Assembly (NCBI GenBank): GCA_040954595.2
Contig: CM082577.2
Location: forward strand, 9,325,846 to 9,389,845
Direction: 5' to 3'
Length of the DNA stretch: 64,000 bases
DNA from: Balanoglossus misakiensis
Lineage: Eukaryota; Animalia; Hemichordata
Each line of letters opens with the position of its first letter. The stretch's first letter is position 1. The notes under the pieces are model-generated. The model had not been told where the DNA came from. It saw only the letters and a program-made list of their open reading frames with translations, and ran no database searches. Below are positions 37,349-52,300 of the stretch, one piece after another. Position numbers and translations under genes: made by a program.

Positions 37349-40300
37349 CTGTGATAGTTAAAAAAGTCAGAATAGTACATTGCGGCTCTAAAAACAATAG
37401 CAGAATTGAAGATTAGAAAAGGCAAGTTCTTTGATGCACAGGTTGCTATGGTGATTGAAAAACATAAAAAAGGTACAGAATGAGAACCTGGTTCACCAGG
37501 TCTGTGTACATGTATCAAACATTGCCTGTCAAAAACAAATGTGTATCCATGGTGATTTGTACAAGCATACACGCTCACAGTCAAACCCAGTCCATCTCAC
37601 CTCTTCAGCAGATCCTGCAGTGTGCGTCCACGTTGTCAACTGATCTTCTAACTCGCACCGCAACTTTTCCACGTCCAACTCACTGGCCCTACTCTCCAAT
37701 TCCATCAGCACGTCCCTGGCAGTGTGGATGGTGGACTCTCTGTTCCTCTCTTCCGCCGTCCGATTTCTGTCCCTCTCTCCCTCTCCATCCGCGGTGCCGT
37801 CCTCTGCCTGGTCGCCATCTTGTTCTCCGTCACCCACTTCTTCCGAGTCTCGCTCGCTTTTCAGTTGCGCCAGCGGTAAACTCTCACCTCTGTTTGGGTC
37901 CTGACAAGATGCAATGAATCCAATCCAACATGTATCACATCTCATCATATCACATCACAACATTTGAATGGAAGAACTTATTCTTCTGAATATAAATGGA
38001 ATCTGATACTAAGAAATACAGTGCAACCTTCACATAAAGCCACCTCTACAACTGCAAAACAATGTTCATATAATTTCCAAAACAAACACATACCAAATAT
38101 CACTCCTGTATACAAGACAACTGTGGAATAATTACACCCAGAATATTCCAAAAGGTGTCCTCAGAAATCTGGCTCTACTCAAAACAAAAATCTCATCTAC
38201 AAGATCATAAATGTATGACCCAATGTTTGTTTTTCTCACCGTGTCATCTTGAACATCCTTCAGGGGTTGTATATTCTCTTCGTCGCCCGTTTCCATGGCC
38301 TCCACATCGCTATCACTCTCCACATTTGGCACGGCTTGTTCCTGTTGCTGTTGTTCTTGGGTTGCCGCGTCCAACGTCTGTGCGTCATGTTGTGACGAGT
38401 CTTTCATGTGTTCGTACAAGTCAGACTCCATCTTCTCTTCCTGGGTGCAAAAAATCAACATGCAAATGTGTCAGGTCATTTCTGAGTATACTAGGTGTGC
38501 AAATAATCAATGTACACTGAGGCATATTTAACCCCTTTCACCCCTAATACCCTCTTATACAGGTCCAACTTTACTATAGGAAACAATGGATTTTGACTGA
38601 ACCATGGTGGTGAAAGGGCCAATGGCATGCAGTGAACATTATTAACAGGGAAGCATTTTTGCCTCATTAGTTTTGTTCTGTTAATAGGGGGATATAAATC
38701 CACGATTTCTACATCAGTTCTGCTATCACGGAATAAAACAACATAATGAACGTAAATTAATGTGAACTCTTCTACCAGTCTTCATCTTGAAATAATCGCA
38801 ACAGTTACCTTGTTCTCCTGTTCCTCGCTCTGTGGATTACCCTGTTCCTGCTTATCCACCGTTTTCAGTCTCCTCTCCACCTTCTCATCGGTCGATCCCA
38901 GACTACGGTTGCTGCTCGACTGCCCTGGCTTTCTCTTCTGATGCTGAACACAAAATAGTAAGAAAGAAATAGTTATGCAGTGCTCCTGAGAATCATTCAG
39001 ATGGAACTGCCACTGACTGAAGGATAACAGTTGTAAGAACGGTTCTAAACAACTTGTGTCCATGAAGTTCCACTTCAGGACTGTGCAGAAGTGTGGCAAA
39101 AAAATAAAATTCTCACTGTTTTTTTGAGGATATGCCATTACTCAATCACACATACCCAAGATGAAGTATTTGTCTGTGATTGATAAATAGCTCAATGTGG
39201 TATTCCCACACACGTTTGAAATGTAGCTTATCAGGACAACAGGAAATTCAAAGAAAGTTGAGTCAGTCATGTTTTCATTACAAGTCAGGAAGCTTGTCAT
39301 TTTTTGAGATACCCCTCCCGTAAATACTCATTTGACGTTTCTTTTACCTGTTGTTGATGTTTAGCATTGCTCTGTATCTTATCAGAGACCATGTCACCTT
39401 CGTGGCCTTCGTCTCTTTCAGACTCTGCAGTTCCAGTTCCATGTTCCTGTCAAGAAATTCAAATTAATAAACTCAGTCACTTACAGATAACTCAGTCACA
39501 ACTTATAGGTACCTTGGCATCACATCCAGGTTTAACCAAGTGAAGGTGTTGACAATGCCAATGTACTGCTAAAACAATGAATTACATGTACATTGTACAC
39601 ATGAAAAAATATGCAATACACAATGCCCATTCAATGTAGAATTTGTTACCTCTTTCTTGTCTTTTTCTTCACTCTTCCCAGCATGCTGTTCCACATTGTC
39701 ACTGAGCTGTATGGGGTCCTGGCTGGCCTCTGTCTTCCCATAATCCTCTGCTGCTTCTGCCGTTTCTTTGGTTTCACTTGGATCTTCCCCTTTCTTCTCC
39801 TCATCAGGGACATTCTCGTCTTCCTCCATTTGCTTGTCATCCTAGCGGTGAGATCCATTTGTCATTTGGTATGCATAAATGCTCAAGGTATATTATATCA
39901 ACTAAATTTGAAATAATTATGGTTTTACTTCAAAATAGTTTACTTTTAAATTCACAAATAAAAATCAAGATAATTTCTTTGTTTCTTCGTTGGAGAATGA
40001 TTGAAGAATGATTTGCAGTGGTCAGATGTTGATTTATTTGCATAATTTCACCAAAACACTGATCATTCAGAAACAAGTTTTTGAGACGCTTGCATTTTCC
40101 TGCCAGAATTTAATGAGAAGTCACGCTAAATTCTTGACTGATGGAAAGTCATTTTTACCTGATGTGGCGGTACTTTATCTTTTCCCATTTCTCTGTCTTC
40201 CTCTTGGCCTTCTTCCTCGTCTTTCTCATCTCCTTCCCCATCAACATCCATCTTATTATCTTCCGCCTCTTCTTCATCACCATCATCTCCATCTTCTTTT

Positions 40301-43300
40301 GCATCTGCTATTTCTTCCTTTTGATTTCCGTCGTCTGGATTTGTCTCTTCCGCGTTTTCCTCCTCCTTGTCATTTTCAGTCACATCTTCCATTTCTGGGA
40401 TTTCTTTCGCTTCAATTTCAAACGGGTTTTCTTCTGTAAAAAATCAGAAACTCCATTGGTTAGATGAATCCTCATGATATTTCTGCCAAAGTCTATAAAA
40501 TGCCTTACTTTCCATTCAATATGGAGAAAATACTCAAGACGTACACAGAGTCAGATCAAAGGAGTTGCGTATTAACATTTAGATACCATTTCGTAGAGGT
40601 GAACATCCAGTATCAAAGTATATGTAACAGTATCAGCTTTCCAGGAGCAAATTTTAGTAGTCTAGAATTTTCAAGGATTTTCCATGAAAACTGAGATCAT
40701 TACCTTCCTGAGCACCCTCCTCGCCATCTTCCCCTTTCTCCTCATCTTCTTTCCCGTCCAAATTGAGATCCTCCGGCAGATCCAGTTCCTCTGTGCATTC
40801 CGGTGGGTCTTGCTTTGCATTCTCTGGATTAATCTTGTTGTCATCGAATTCACTCTGACGAAGGAAAACATAAGACAAAAATTAATTAAACCCTTTCACC
40901 CAATATTTCCCTCTATAGAATCTACCTTTACCATAGAACACGATGAATGCATATAATTATAATGACACATCAATAATTCCAAACTTTTTAGTTTACATAA
41001 CACAAACTTTTCCATAATAAGACTACTAAAATTATTGAATCACTGAATATTAGACTCACTTCATCCTTTGGTTCAAGATTGTGAGGTTGTACATCTTTCT
41101 CTTCTTCCTTCTCGTCCTTTTTCTTCTTGTCATCTTCCTTATCATCAACGTCACCTGATGTGTGGAGATATGAGATGTCAGAAATGGAGATGGAAAATTC
41201 AAAATAAAAATTGAACTGAATGAAGTCATACGTGATGCCAGTTCATTTTCAGTTATAACATCTCATGTGTATAGATTGCTTTTAATCTTAAATTGTCACA
41301 GGAGTACAGTTTTGAAATTCTTAGTGGCACACATTTGTGGACTGTACTATTCTCCTTCAATGAACAGGTGTTTACACAGACACTGATCACTAGAGTACGC
41401 ATGTATGTTTTCACACTCCTGACATCTGATGTCTTACCCTGATTATCGTCCTTGGCAACGGTCTGCGTTTCTTCCTCATCCATACCGGGTCCCACTTCCT
41501 CTTTCTCCTCTTTCTTGTCTTCTTCATCTGCATCGTCATCTTCGTCGTCACTCCCCCACATTCTCTCATCAAGCTTCTCATTTTCATCTCCAACATCACC
41601 CATCTGTTTATCCAGCTCGTTCTCGTCGTCGCCTTCGCTCTCATCACCAGAGCCTTCATTTTGTTCTGAAGTACAAAAAGGGCAATTAATGGTATATGGT
41701 CACCTATGGAAAATTAGCTATAGTTACATTTGTACCATAGCAAATTGAGATCTAGCGCCAATCACAGATTTTCAGTGGGTGGCATACACAAAAAAAAGAG
41801 CGCCACCGTATGTTCTTTAGATCGCTCAAATACGCCATTTCAGCCATATATGGGCGTATGTAAATTAGAGGTGACTATACCTTTAAGACAGAACAGTGAC
41901 ACTACTTTTATAAGCAACTAAAATCTTGACAAATATAACAAGAGCTGCCTGAAAAATAAACACTGTGTCAGGTTGGACTATAATCTTGATATGCATGGGA
42001 AATTGCTTCACTACTTTTTAGCCTGGTGCTTCAACTTCTTGCCAGGTCACCTCACTAAAAAGTACATTTTCCATAGCAAACATGCCTGTAGAAATGATAA
42101 TATGTACATGTACTCTGAAGCAAGACTTAAAAAATCTACTATCTGCAAAACTATACATGAACAGGGGTCTAGGAAGTTCTGTATTGGAGGGTTTCATGAG
42201 CACAAGAAACACCAACTTGGGATGAAAATCAAGGAGACTGCATCAGACACATTACCTGTTTTCTCCACATCATGAAGCTTGCCCTCAAAGTCTTCAGACA
42301 TCTCAATACCTTCCTTCTCATCTTCAATGTCAGGTTGATCATCAAAATTGTCTTCCTTGTTTTCCTCGCCTGGGTTTTTCACATCTTGCACCTAAAAGAA
42401 ACATTTTAAATGTCATTTTTCGTGTCTCCCTCCAATCTGGCAAGCAAGCACTGGAATGAAAACTAAATATGTATCTTTCTGTGTGTTTGCCTGCTATGTG
42501 TGACAAAAATCCCGTGTTACAGTATGGGTTATTTCCAAATCATCTTGGCAAAGCTTAGAAGTCATTCTGACCTGGTCTTCATTTTCGATCTGATCACTGA
42601 CGTCCTTGACGCCTTCTCCGTCACCAATACCACCGGCTTCGATGTCTTCAAACTGTGTGGAGCCCTCACCGCCAGCTTCGTCGCTGAACTCAGCAGGCAG
42701 ACAGAACCCCTGCATGATCAGAAACAAGAACATGTAAAAAGTCTAGTCGAGTCCACACAGCTTGCAAACCCACGCACATGCCGTGCAGGCGTCGTCAGAG
42801 TCAAGAACATGTGGTGACCTCGTTGCCGAGGCATCGCATTTGGAGTTCTATTGACATGCAAAATTGCAAAATTGATGGCAGTAGACTTCGACTCCAGACC
42901 CTGTGAGTGAGTCTATCTAAAACATATTGGGTCTAGATTCCACACTAGCTCAGTTGTGGAGGAGTAATTCTTTCACTTGGTTTCATAAGGTTCCGTGACA
43001 ATGTCAGTGCACCATAAACACAAGTGTGAAAGTATCTATGATAGTGTGATAGCGACATTTGCAGTAGATGTCCAAAATATATTGGCATTACTTGTATACC
43101 CGTGGTCCTAATGATTACATTTACATGTACTACATGTACTATTGGATGGATCATTCCCTACCTTTGTTGCAAGCTCCGAGAATATTCCCAGCAGCACAGA
43201 CAGCAGTTTGCACGTCGTACGGTGACTGGCAAGCGTGGATGTCAGGTGATGATGAACGACTCCGCTGTACTGGTGAAGGAGAGGTATCACGTGGACCAGG

Positions 43301-46300
43301 CAATCAACGTAGGTATCGCAAGCCTGATAAATTGAAAAAGAAAGCAGCGATTGGTTATATAAAGAAAATAATTTCACCGTTCTATGGTGTACAGCATGTG
43401 TGTGTTGATTCAAGAAGAAAATGACACATGCTTTGCATAGTAGACAGTGATGTCTTCTCCGGCTATTTTTGGAAGATGATACAATAATTCATGTAAGATC
43501 CCTAAGCCTGTGTTTTTATTGCGAGATATTAACATTTATCAAAACACGGAGTACCAGAATACCATGAAATTTTACAAAGATGTTGCAAAAACAATAAATA
43601 GTTTGACCTTGTGATAAAGCCTATATAAGCCATAAAATTGTTTAAAGGAAACTTTTTATCGAGATCATAGAAGATCTACAATTAGATAAGACTTGTAATA
43701 TTACCTTGATGTCTTCCTGTGATTGGCAACTGTCTCGTACAGTTCTAATTTTCAAGATGAGATCAGACACACTGGTGTTGATTTTTGCCAGGTCTAAGTT
43801 TCTTCGATCAGCGTCTAAACCAGCACTAAGCAATTTCCCAAAGTGATCCTCCTGTAGTTGACTGGCCATGTCTTCGTTTTCTGGAACAAAAATGTACAGG
43901 AATATTTGAGTGTCCATATTTGAGGTAAAACTTTCCTGGGGTTAATTTTCCTTAAGTGATTTTCAAGGTACATGTACTTTTATAAAAAATTCCTGTAAAA
44001 TGTACCTGTATCATCTGGATTTTTATCATCTTTTGCGCTTTCTTTGACATCGCTTTCTCTGGAACTTGTTGATTTGACCATCTTCTGAATGGCCACCAAT
44101 ATCCTGGTGAGAACGGTTTCCACTTTTTCTAGGTGCTCGGAGCCAGCCTCTCCAGTTTCACTCTCCCCACCTTCATCCTCTCTGTCTGCAGAAACCAGTT
44201 CTCTGACACTGTTCAGCCAATCGTTGAACTTGGTCATTCGGGATGTGATTTCGTCTTTGGCGAGTATCAGTGATGAGACCAGTGGGGAAGATTCCTTGGG
44301 CGTGCTGAAGAGACAGACCATCTTTTCCAAGGATGCGCATATGTGCTGGAATTCTGGGTAGACACTTGAAAGGAGGCTGACCTCTGACCTGCATAGATGA
44401 AGAGAAAAAAAGACATATACAATGTACATTGTATTATGATGTAGTGGTACTATCATGACATATTCTATCATATGTCGTAAATTAACTGATGTAGTATTGT
44501 AAATTATGTGACGTAAAATCTCTCAAACTATTGTAAGTGGTAAACTTCATTATTAGAATGGTTTTGCCTCATAAAACATTCAGATCACAAGTTTCAGTAT
44601 TGCAATGCTATGGAATTTTTTAAATCTATCTTACCAGGTGACAATGTATGGTGATGAAGTCTTACAGAACGATGAAATCTTTAGAGTGAGGCTGTCCAGT
44701 TTTCCTTTCACACTTTTCACCTTCGACAAAGACTCCTGCAGAATAGTAAATTGTCAGTAAGTACCATTATGGAAAAAGCAAATCAACCGTTTCCACGAAA
44801 AAAGATTACTGATATCTACAGTAATTATGCATGCATCTCCGCTTACCTGGACAATTTCCGACAATTCAGTCCATGCACCATCTCCCTTCCTTGCAAGCTC
44901 CATCCTGGCGACCTCACTCGGTGGCACAGGCGACGGATGCACATATTCACCCTCTCTCTTCTCAGGACAACACTGCACAATCAGTTCAAACTGCTGCAGC
45001 ACGTCCAGGGTTGTGTCGGCCAGTTCTTTGGTGGTGTCTATCCACTGGCAGAGCGCCCCCTGTGGTGGTACTCGGCTACAGGGCATAGCAACCGCACTGT
45101 CTGGACTTCCAGATTTGGAGCAATCTCGCCGAAGCTGTTCTAGAATCTTCAGCTGATTTCTGGGAAATGGCACGTGACAAAACTTGATTATTACACACTT
45201 TACTTAAACACCCCCAATCTTACGTGCAGAATTCCTATCTACATGAAGTTGTTCACGTTCTGCTGCATCAAAACTAAGACACACAGACATACTAAGACAC
45301 ACAGACATGTACAACAGCCATTTGATAAATAGTAGCCACCTTTGGCAACGTGAATGAGGTTGGATCATGCCAGAATGTACATGTACATTGTATATCAAAC
45401 TTAGCCACTCACTACACCAAAAACTTAGTGGATAATTTCAGCATTTGCAGAGTCCGTTGAATGGAAACCCCTACCTGACTGAAACTGCACCATTGACAAG
45501 TCCAGTTAAATCCTCCCTCTGCCTGTGAATCAGTTCTATGAGATGCTCTGTAAAACCTTTGCATCGGTCAATATTGCTGACACCAAGTTCCTGAAAAAGA
45601 AGACATCCATCCATTATCATTCAGAATTTAATCCCCTGAATGTACTGTCAGATGCTGATGTAAAAATAATGCCACCGACAGATCTCACCCTACATCCTAA
45701 TGCCTACCTTTGATGGTGCAACCATGGCAGCTCGCATGGTGGCACTCCTTGCAATACATCGGTAGTAATACAGCTGACATGTTTCCCATAATGCAACTGC
45801 TTCACCTGAAACTTCACCTCTGGAAAAACAGAAATCTTGTAATGAGCATGACCTATGACAATAATTTTGACAAAGCTGTAAACCGCTCAACACGCAGTTG
45901 TTTTATGGTTGACACATGAAATGGCTCATATTTTTTCTAGTGGCCTACCTGTCACAATCAGAACCAGTTTGTAATGGAAATGCAACGCTGACATCGATAG
46001 CACCAGTCTGTAAGGCAGAATTTTTATCCCTCTGTTGGGCGTAGGTCAGGCCTTTTCGGTATGACAGACCGACGGTCGCCAGGTACTTGAAGAGATCAGC
46101 CAGGGCTTTTCTCTTTCTCAAGTTGATATGTTTGGCTTCTGATTTCTGTTTCTCTTTCTCTGCATCCTAGTTTGGTTGAAAATGAAAGAGAGAAAAAATA
46201 GAGTGTAAGAACCACGGTGACTTTTAACCCTTTCACCACCATGGTTCAGTCCAAACCCATTGTTTTCTTTGGTAAGGTTGGACCTCTAAAGAGGGAACTG

Positions 46301-49300
46301 GGGGTGAAAGGGTTAAGTATGCCTTCAGTGTACCTTGAAACACATACCTGAGAATTTCAAAGAATGCATTTCCCTGACAGAATGATGTTGGTTTTAACTT
46401 ATACTAAATACCTTAGTAACATCCAAAGCTTGTAGCTGATGGACTCCTTCAATGATCTCGCCAGTGAAGTCCTCTAGAGAGGTGATCAGTTCTGGATACA
46501 CAGAGCTCTTGAACATCTTGTAACAGAGTCTGGTCATCTTCGTGAAGAGGGACGGCAGCCTCTGGAACACGCCTTCACTTGAACTCAGAATGCCCACCTT
46601 TTCAAAACATGCCTGTTGGGGAAATCAAAGGAATATTAAAAGAGGTGAAATTTGTGACACATTGGACAGACTTGGATTCTTATATGAAGATTAGATGTAT
46701 ACATCAACCATGTTCATGTTATGCTATCAGGGTATGGGAATTCTCTGTATAACAGTATTTAGATAGCAGTTTCTCATTTTTTCATCAATCAACCAAAAGG
46801 TCGTTCTGTACGTACCTTGAGACTCTGTGATGAAACAAACTTGTTGACATCTGATGCCGCAACCGACACCTCTGTCGATTCTTTCTTCTCTTTCTCAGCA
46901 ATGTTGCTATCAAGGAACATGTTCCTAGCTGGCTCCAACAGGGCACTCTGTAGAGGACAAAACAGAGGAGAATTTACAAAGCTGAATAAAGAAAATCTTT
47001 GTGTGAAATGAAGAATCGGCCAAGGGATGGTGAAACCATAATGTTATTACAATACATGCATTACCCGCGCCGTATGTCAAAATGAATGCTAAAACCACCA
47101 GTAAACTCAACTGCATTTTGTTATATACTGCTGATAAGTGAAACTTACACGACATGGGTATTTCGATAAATATCTCAAGTGTGAAAACATAACAGTTGTC
47201 ATTTTATCTGCCATACCTCAAACTTTTTACTGAACCTGTGCAGAGTCCTATGGGATTTCTCCACATACTGCTTCATGGCCCAGAAGTTCATGTCACTCCA
47301 GCGAGCGATCTTGACAAAACCCTGAAAAGTGCAAGAAAACATAAAAGCATGTAATGTACACGTAAACCCATTTAGTGTTTCCATGTTGTGTGCTGACATA
47401 AGTAGCCATCTTCTTCATGACTACTTTGTTCAGGGGCATATAAACGTGATTTGTTTATCATTTTCATTTTTCAGTGATAAAATAATCAAAGTCGTCATGA
47501 AACCAATACTTAGCCTCAGCAAGAACAGTAACACTCTTGTTTCACTGTAAAAAATGAACCTACCTTCAGCTCTTTCTCAATGGGTTTTCTTAGTTCCTGT
47601 AGTTTTGTCTCCACAGCTGGTAGGAATTGCTTGTAGTACTGGTGCACATTCCATAGTATGGTTAATACTTTCACTGTTGAAAAAAACAACAACACATTTT
47701 AAACAAACTTTGAAGAACTTGACATACATGTATTAAATATACAAAACCATTTTATGTTACTTAATATTATTTTTTGCTGAGTGTAAGTGTACTAAATGTC
47801 TTTGTCAAACACAGCCATGCTACTGTCAACTTCATTAGACAATGTAAGTTGAAATAAACCCCCCCCCCCCAACCCCTCTGCCCCTATCCCTGGTTATCCT
47901 GCTCTAACCTTGTTCTGGTGTAGATGCTGCATGTACAACCTGACAGTGGAATGCCATGAGCATCTGGAGTCTCACAGAGAACTCCCCAACACTGGATCCT
48001 TCCATGAACTGCTGCAGGTTTAACACGAATCTGCTCACGCCTTTCGCATCCTCCCTGCTCTGCTCCTCCCCGGTGGCCATAACAACCGCATCACTCCCTT
48101 CATCTTCGCCGTCGTCATCCGAAGGGTTCAGGTAGTACTCGACCAGCTGATACAGAGTGTACCAACGCTTGCAAGCTTTGAGGGCGTACCTGTAGACCAC
48201 CATGTCCAGACAGGATGACCAGCAACTGTATCGGAAAAGGAATCACATTTTGTAACCAACTTACACGACATGAGTTTCACTTTACTCCTTTTACAGTCTG
48301 TACACCATTGCCATCATTAGGATGGGCTGATCGGAACATGTGGATAGCAACACTTGGTCAAAAATATACGATCACAATTTTCAGGTGAGAATTTCAATGT
48401 ACATGTACATGTACATGTATGTAACCTTTTGAACCCTGACCATGTGTGACCTACATGTACATGTATGACATCATTTGGAAGTTTTCTTCTGAGCTGTGGT
48501 TTGATGCCGAGATAACACATTATCTACTTATGCCCCCCCAAAACACAACAAAACAAAACCCTTTTGCAGTGTTACTAATGACAACTGTTGAATCCCACCT
48601 AAAATTTCAGTGATCCACATTCCCAGCAAGCAATGGCATTGACTATACCTGAGTTCAATCTTTCTCCACTGTATAATCATCTGAGTGATGTTATCTAGAT
48701 GTGTCTGGACTGAAACTGCTCTGGATGCATTCGACTCCCATTCCTATGGCAACACAAAACAAAGGTATTGATTGATTGACAGCGAATGAATGTATGTTGT
48801 GAGCAGAAAGATTTTCAGTGTTAAGTACATCTCTTCCAATTGGATTGCAGGAGATGTTGGTACATTATTACAAGAACGCTGTACTCCATACTAGGCCATG
48901 CTTTCAACAGAAACAGAAAAGACCATGAACACTGGTGAGTGATGATGTACGTGGATGTTTGTGAATGTGTGAAAATTTTAGCCATAAAGAGTTCAGTACC
49001 TGTGCTTTGAGGAGCAAGACTTCCAAACCCGTCACAAATTTCATCAAAGGACTCATCACCGGGAAAGCCAGAATTCTGTTGATAACTTCAATTAACTACA
49101 TTGTAAAAGAATAAAGAAACAATGAAATTAATCAGTAAAATTCTCACTGCAAACAGCATGTTTAAGCAGGGAGAAATATTTTTTTTCTGTGTTTATGAAG
49201 TTGGAACGATGTAATGCCAGCCTTCTGCAGCAAACTGTTTGATTAAAACCATAGCAACCATTTTCTTCACAGATATTACAAGGTAGGCGAACAGATCCCT

Positions 49301-52300
49301 GTACCCTAGGTTGTTCAACTGAAACACTATTTGTTGACCAGAAAACTGGAGACTGCATTCAATCATTCTAAACAATGCAGCATTACTTTCTGTATGCTAA
49401 AAATGCCTTTAACCATGTACCTGTTTCAGGGTAGGGTGATCTGGCCACTCGGCCAGCAACTCTCTTATTCTGGTGACGAACTTCTCCATCACGGGTCGGC
49501 ACTGCATGGCCTGTTCGATGCTGGCATCATGATAGATGTCGAAAGGTTTGTTGAACAGGATGCCGGAGTTCTCGTGCTGTTTCGTGGTTTCACTGTCTTC
49601 TGTCTGAGTTGTGTTCTGGAGTATCTTGGCCATCAGCAGATGCGAGCCGAGAAGGCCACTGTCCAAAGAGCAATCTGAATGACAGATTAAAATACGGCAT
49701 TTTAGAAATGACAGCGGAATGGTAAGGAGAGCATTTACAACGTGGCAGCAAATACAATTGACCATCAGCCACACAAAATAACAGTTGGCGTCTTTGGTAG
49801 AGTATTATTTCCGAACATGTATAAATCTCCCAAAACACACAGCAGTTGAAGAAACTGGCTTTATAAGTTCTGTTTACAAGGTTTTACTAAAGAGAATATT
49901 CTCTCTACGATTAAATTAATATCAGTTGATTTTAGCATGGTAACACATGACCGTGATTAAAGTGTAGAATCTTTCCCAACCTTACAACACCTGGACCAGC
50001 CAATCAGAATGGCTCTACCTACCTGTTGATGGCCTGGCAGTCTGTGCCAATCGTGCAGCGACCCCATAGGCTAATGAGAATGGCCCCACATAGTCCACCG
50101 ATCCCTGGTTGACATCCCTTGGGTGCAGCCATGCCGTTCTTGTGAGGCCGCGATACAACACGTGATGGAGTTTGCACACTTCAGCCATTTCTGCTACATC
50201 CATCTTAAAGCTTGAAGTTCCTGATTGCTCTTTTCTACTTTTCTGTTCCTCCTGATCGTCCTTCCCTTCCAGCGAGGGTGGTTCAGTCAAATCTTCAAAA
50301 TCCTACACACACAAAAATATATGCTTTAGACGAATTTTCTATATAGTTTGTATTACACCCAATGCAGACACTGTACTGTGATGTAGAGAGTGTTGGATGC
50401 ACATCATACAAACATGTTCAAATTACATTCAAGTTTACACAGTAATTGTAATGAGTCTGGTCCACAATCATGTATGTCCATCTGCTCTACTTTAGGCAAG
50501 CGTTTGACTTTGAGTGCCTTGGTTACAACGACCTTACCTTGTGGAATGTCGGGAAACTCTTCCTGAATTCCTCTTCCTCCCTCTCCTCCTCCGTCAATCC
50601 GTCCCCGTGCTCTTTCACCCGGTACTTGTACAGCTGGGCTTCCTCCTCCTCTCTCAGCCGGGCCAGCTCCTCCGCCTCCTTCCAGGACGACACCACGGCG
50701 TCCAAGAGTTGCTTCAGGAGGTCCAGCGTCTTGCCGTCAAACTGGCCTCTCAGTACAGCGTGGTTGCTGGTGTGCAGCAGGGCGACCTTGAGAAGTCTGT
50801 GGAGACATTCAAGCAGAAAAGTATGTTACATCAATGAACACAACTTCCACTCGCTTATGTTTGTGATATTTCATTAGATATCGCACAACTTATCAGTGTG
50901 TCCTCTAACAAACATACATGTAATTTTTACAAGCTTTCAGTCAATTTAAGGATTTCTAGAAAATTATCTGAGTCAGCCCTATACCTCACCATGTAGTGTG
51001 GTTAACTTTCTTGAGTCACCAGTGAGTGGAGCTTAGATGGAACTTATTACGGCAAAGATCTAAAAGTTGACATGGCCATATACAGAAAAAGCAAACAGAA
51101 TTTATATTGGTACATAAAAGTTGATCATCTATAGAGGATTTTACTCTTACTTTGCCTTGTAGTTGAAACCAGCAGACTTATCCTCATCGCCACCATCACT
51201 GGTATCGTGTTCACCAAGGAGAGACTCTATATTCTGTAAAAGCTGTAGAGTGTTCTCCTCACACAGGGCATCTGCCACACTCAGCGAAGATGGCAAACTC
51301 TCAGTGTGGTGGGGAAATCCGACCAGTGTCTGCAGCAGATCCTGTGTTGTTCTCACCTGTCAATAAGTATGAATATTAAATATGCTCAATGCTAGGCTAT
51401 CCATCACTAGTCATCTGGTTCATATAATTAGGTTGAGGGATCTTTGAGCCAACTGGTAACATTATACATTATATCTGATTGACCAATATGAGGATGCAAT
51501 AACATTGTCAATCACAGCAAAGCATTGTCAGCTGTAGCAAAGTGTGCTTTTCAAACCATTCTGTCCAACCTACTGAATTAACACTCCTGTAACAGTAGCA
51601 CTCTGCAAGATAATGGCCTTTTTACATTCCAAACAGTTTTGCATTTTATACAATAACAAGCTATTATAATGTACAGTATATATTGCATCAAGATAACCAC
51701 ACATTTTTCTATACTTCCCCCAAAATGTACTTGCATGTATTTTACCTACCTGACCAACCTTACTGACGGATCTGTGCAACTGCTCTTGCACGTTCTTGCA
51801 GTAGACCGCGTGAGCAACGACGCGCATGCCGTGAGCGACCTGCGACACCCCCGCCAGAAACGGCACCACCAGGTCCTTGTACATGGGGTACTCCTCCTGC
51901 ATTCGCGACAGGAAGTGGTGAGCCGAACTCTGCCACGCCTTCTCTTCCTGCAGGACGTTTGCCGCCGCCGCCACGTGGGTGCGTTTGCCGCGCTGTGGTT
52001 TCTTCTGGTCCTCGCACGCCGCTTTCAGTTTCTCGACGAGCGTGCGGACGGTGCGGAGGGAGCCGATGCTGGATGTGAAGTAGCGGATGTCTTGCAGGAG
52101 TACGTCAAACTGTGGTGTAAAAGCGAGCGAGTGAAATGTGATTTTTTTTTCAAGTTTCTATATTGTCAGCACATATGTGAATCCTCACAACTGGATGAAT
52201 ACAGAACTGCAGGATAAAACTCTTTCTTCAGATGGAAATTTTTTAAAAGTTGCTACCGACCAAAACTGCTGAATGCAGTTGACTGAATATGGCTTTACAG

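Larger units (their letters stand above)
37601..42709 (-). other. MDN1: MDN1 Asp/Glu-rich acidic region exons
   Basis: Exons encode GGIGDGEGVKDVSDQIENEDQ, GIEMSEDFEG, EKLDERMWG and LDLPEDLNLD within highly acidic low-complexity sequence. Confidence 0.9.

Noticed and set aside
41790-41815. Pseudoknot or telomerase-RNA-like fold around the A8 run
   Set aside because: The crossed helices have zero-length loops, which is sterically implausible, and no telomeric template is nearby.
45224-45262. Possible MDN1 micro-exon
   Set aside because: Flanking exons (ending ~45475 and starting ~45159) already join in frame without it.
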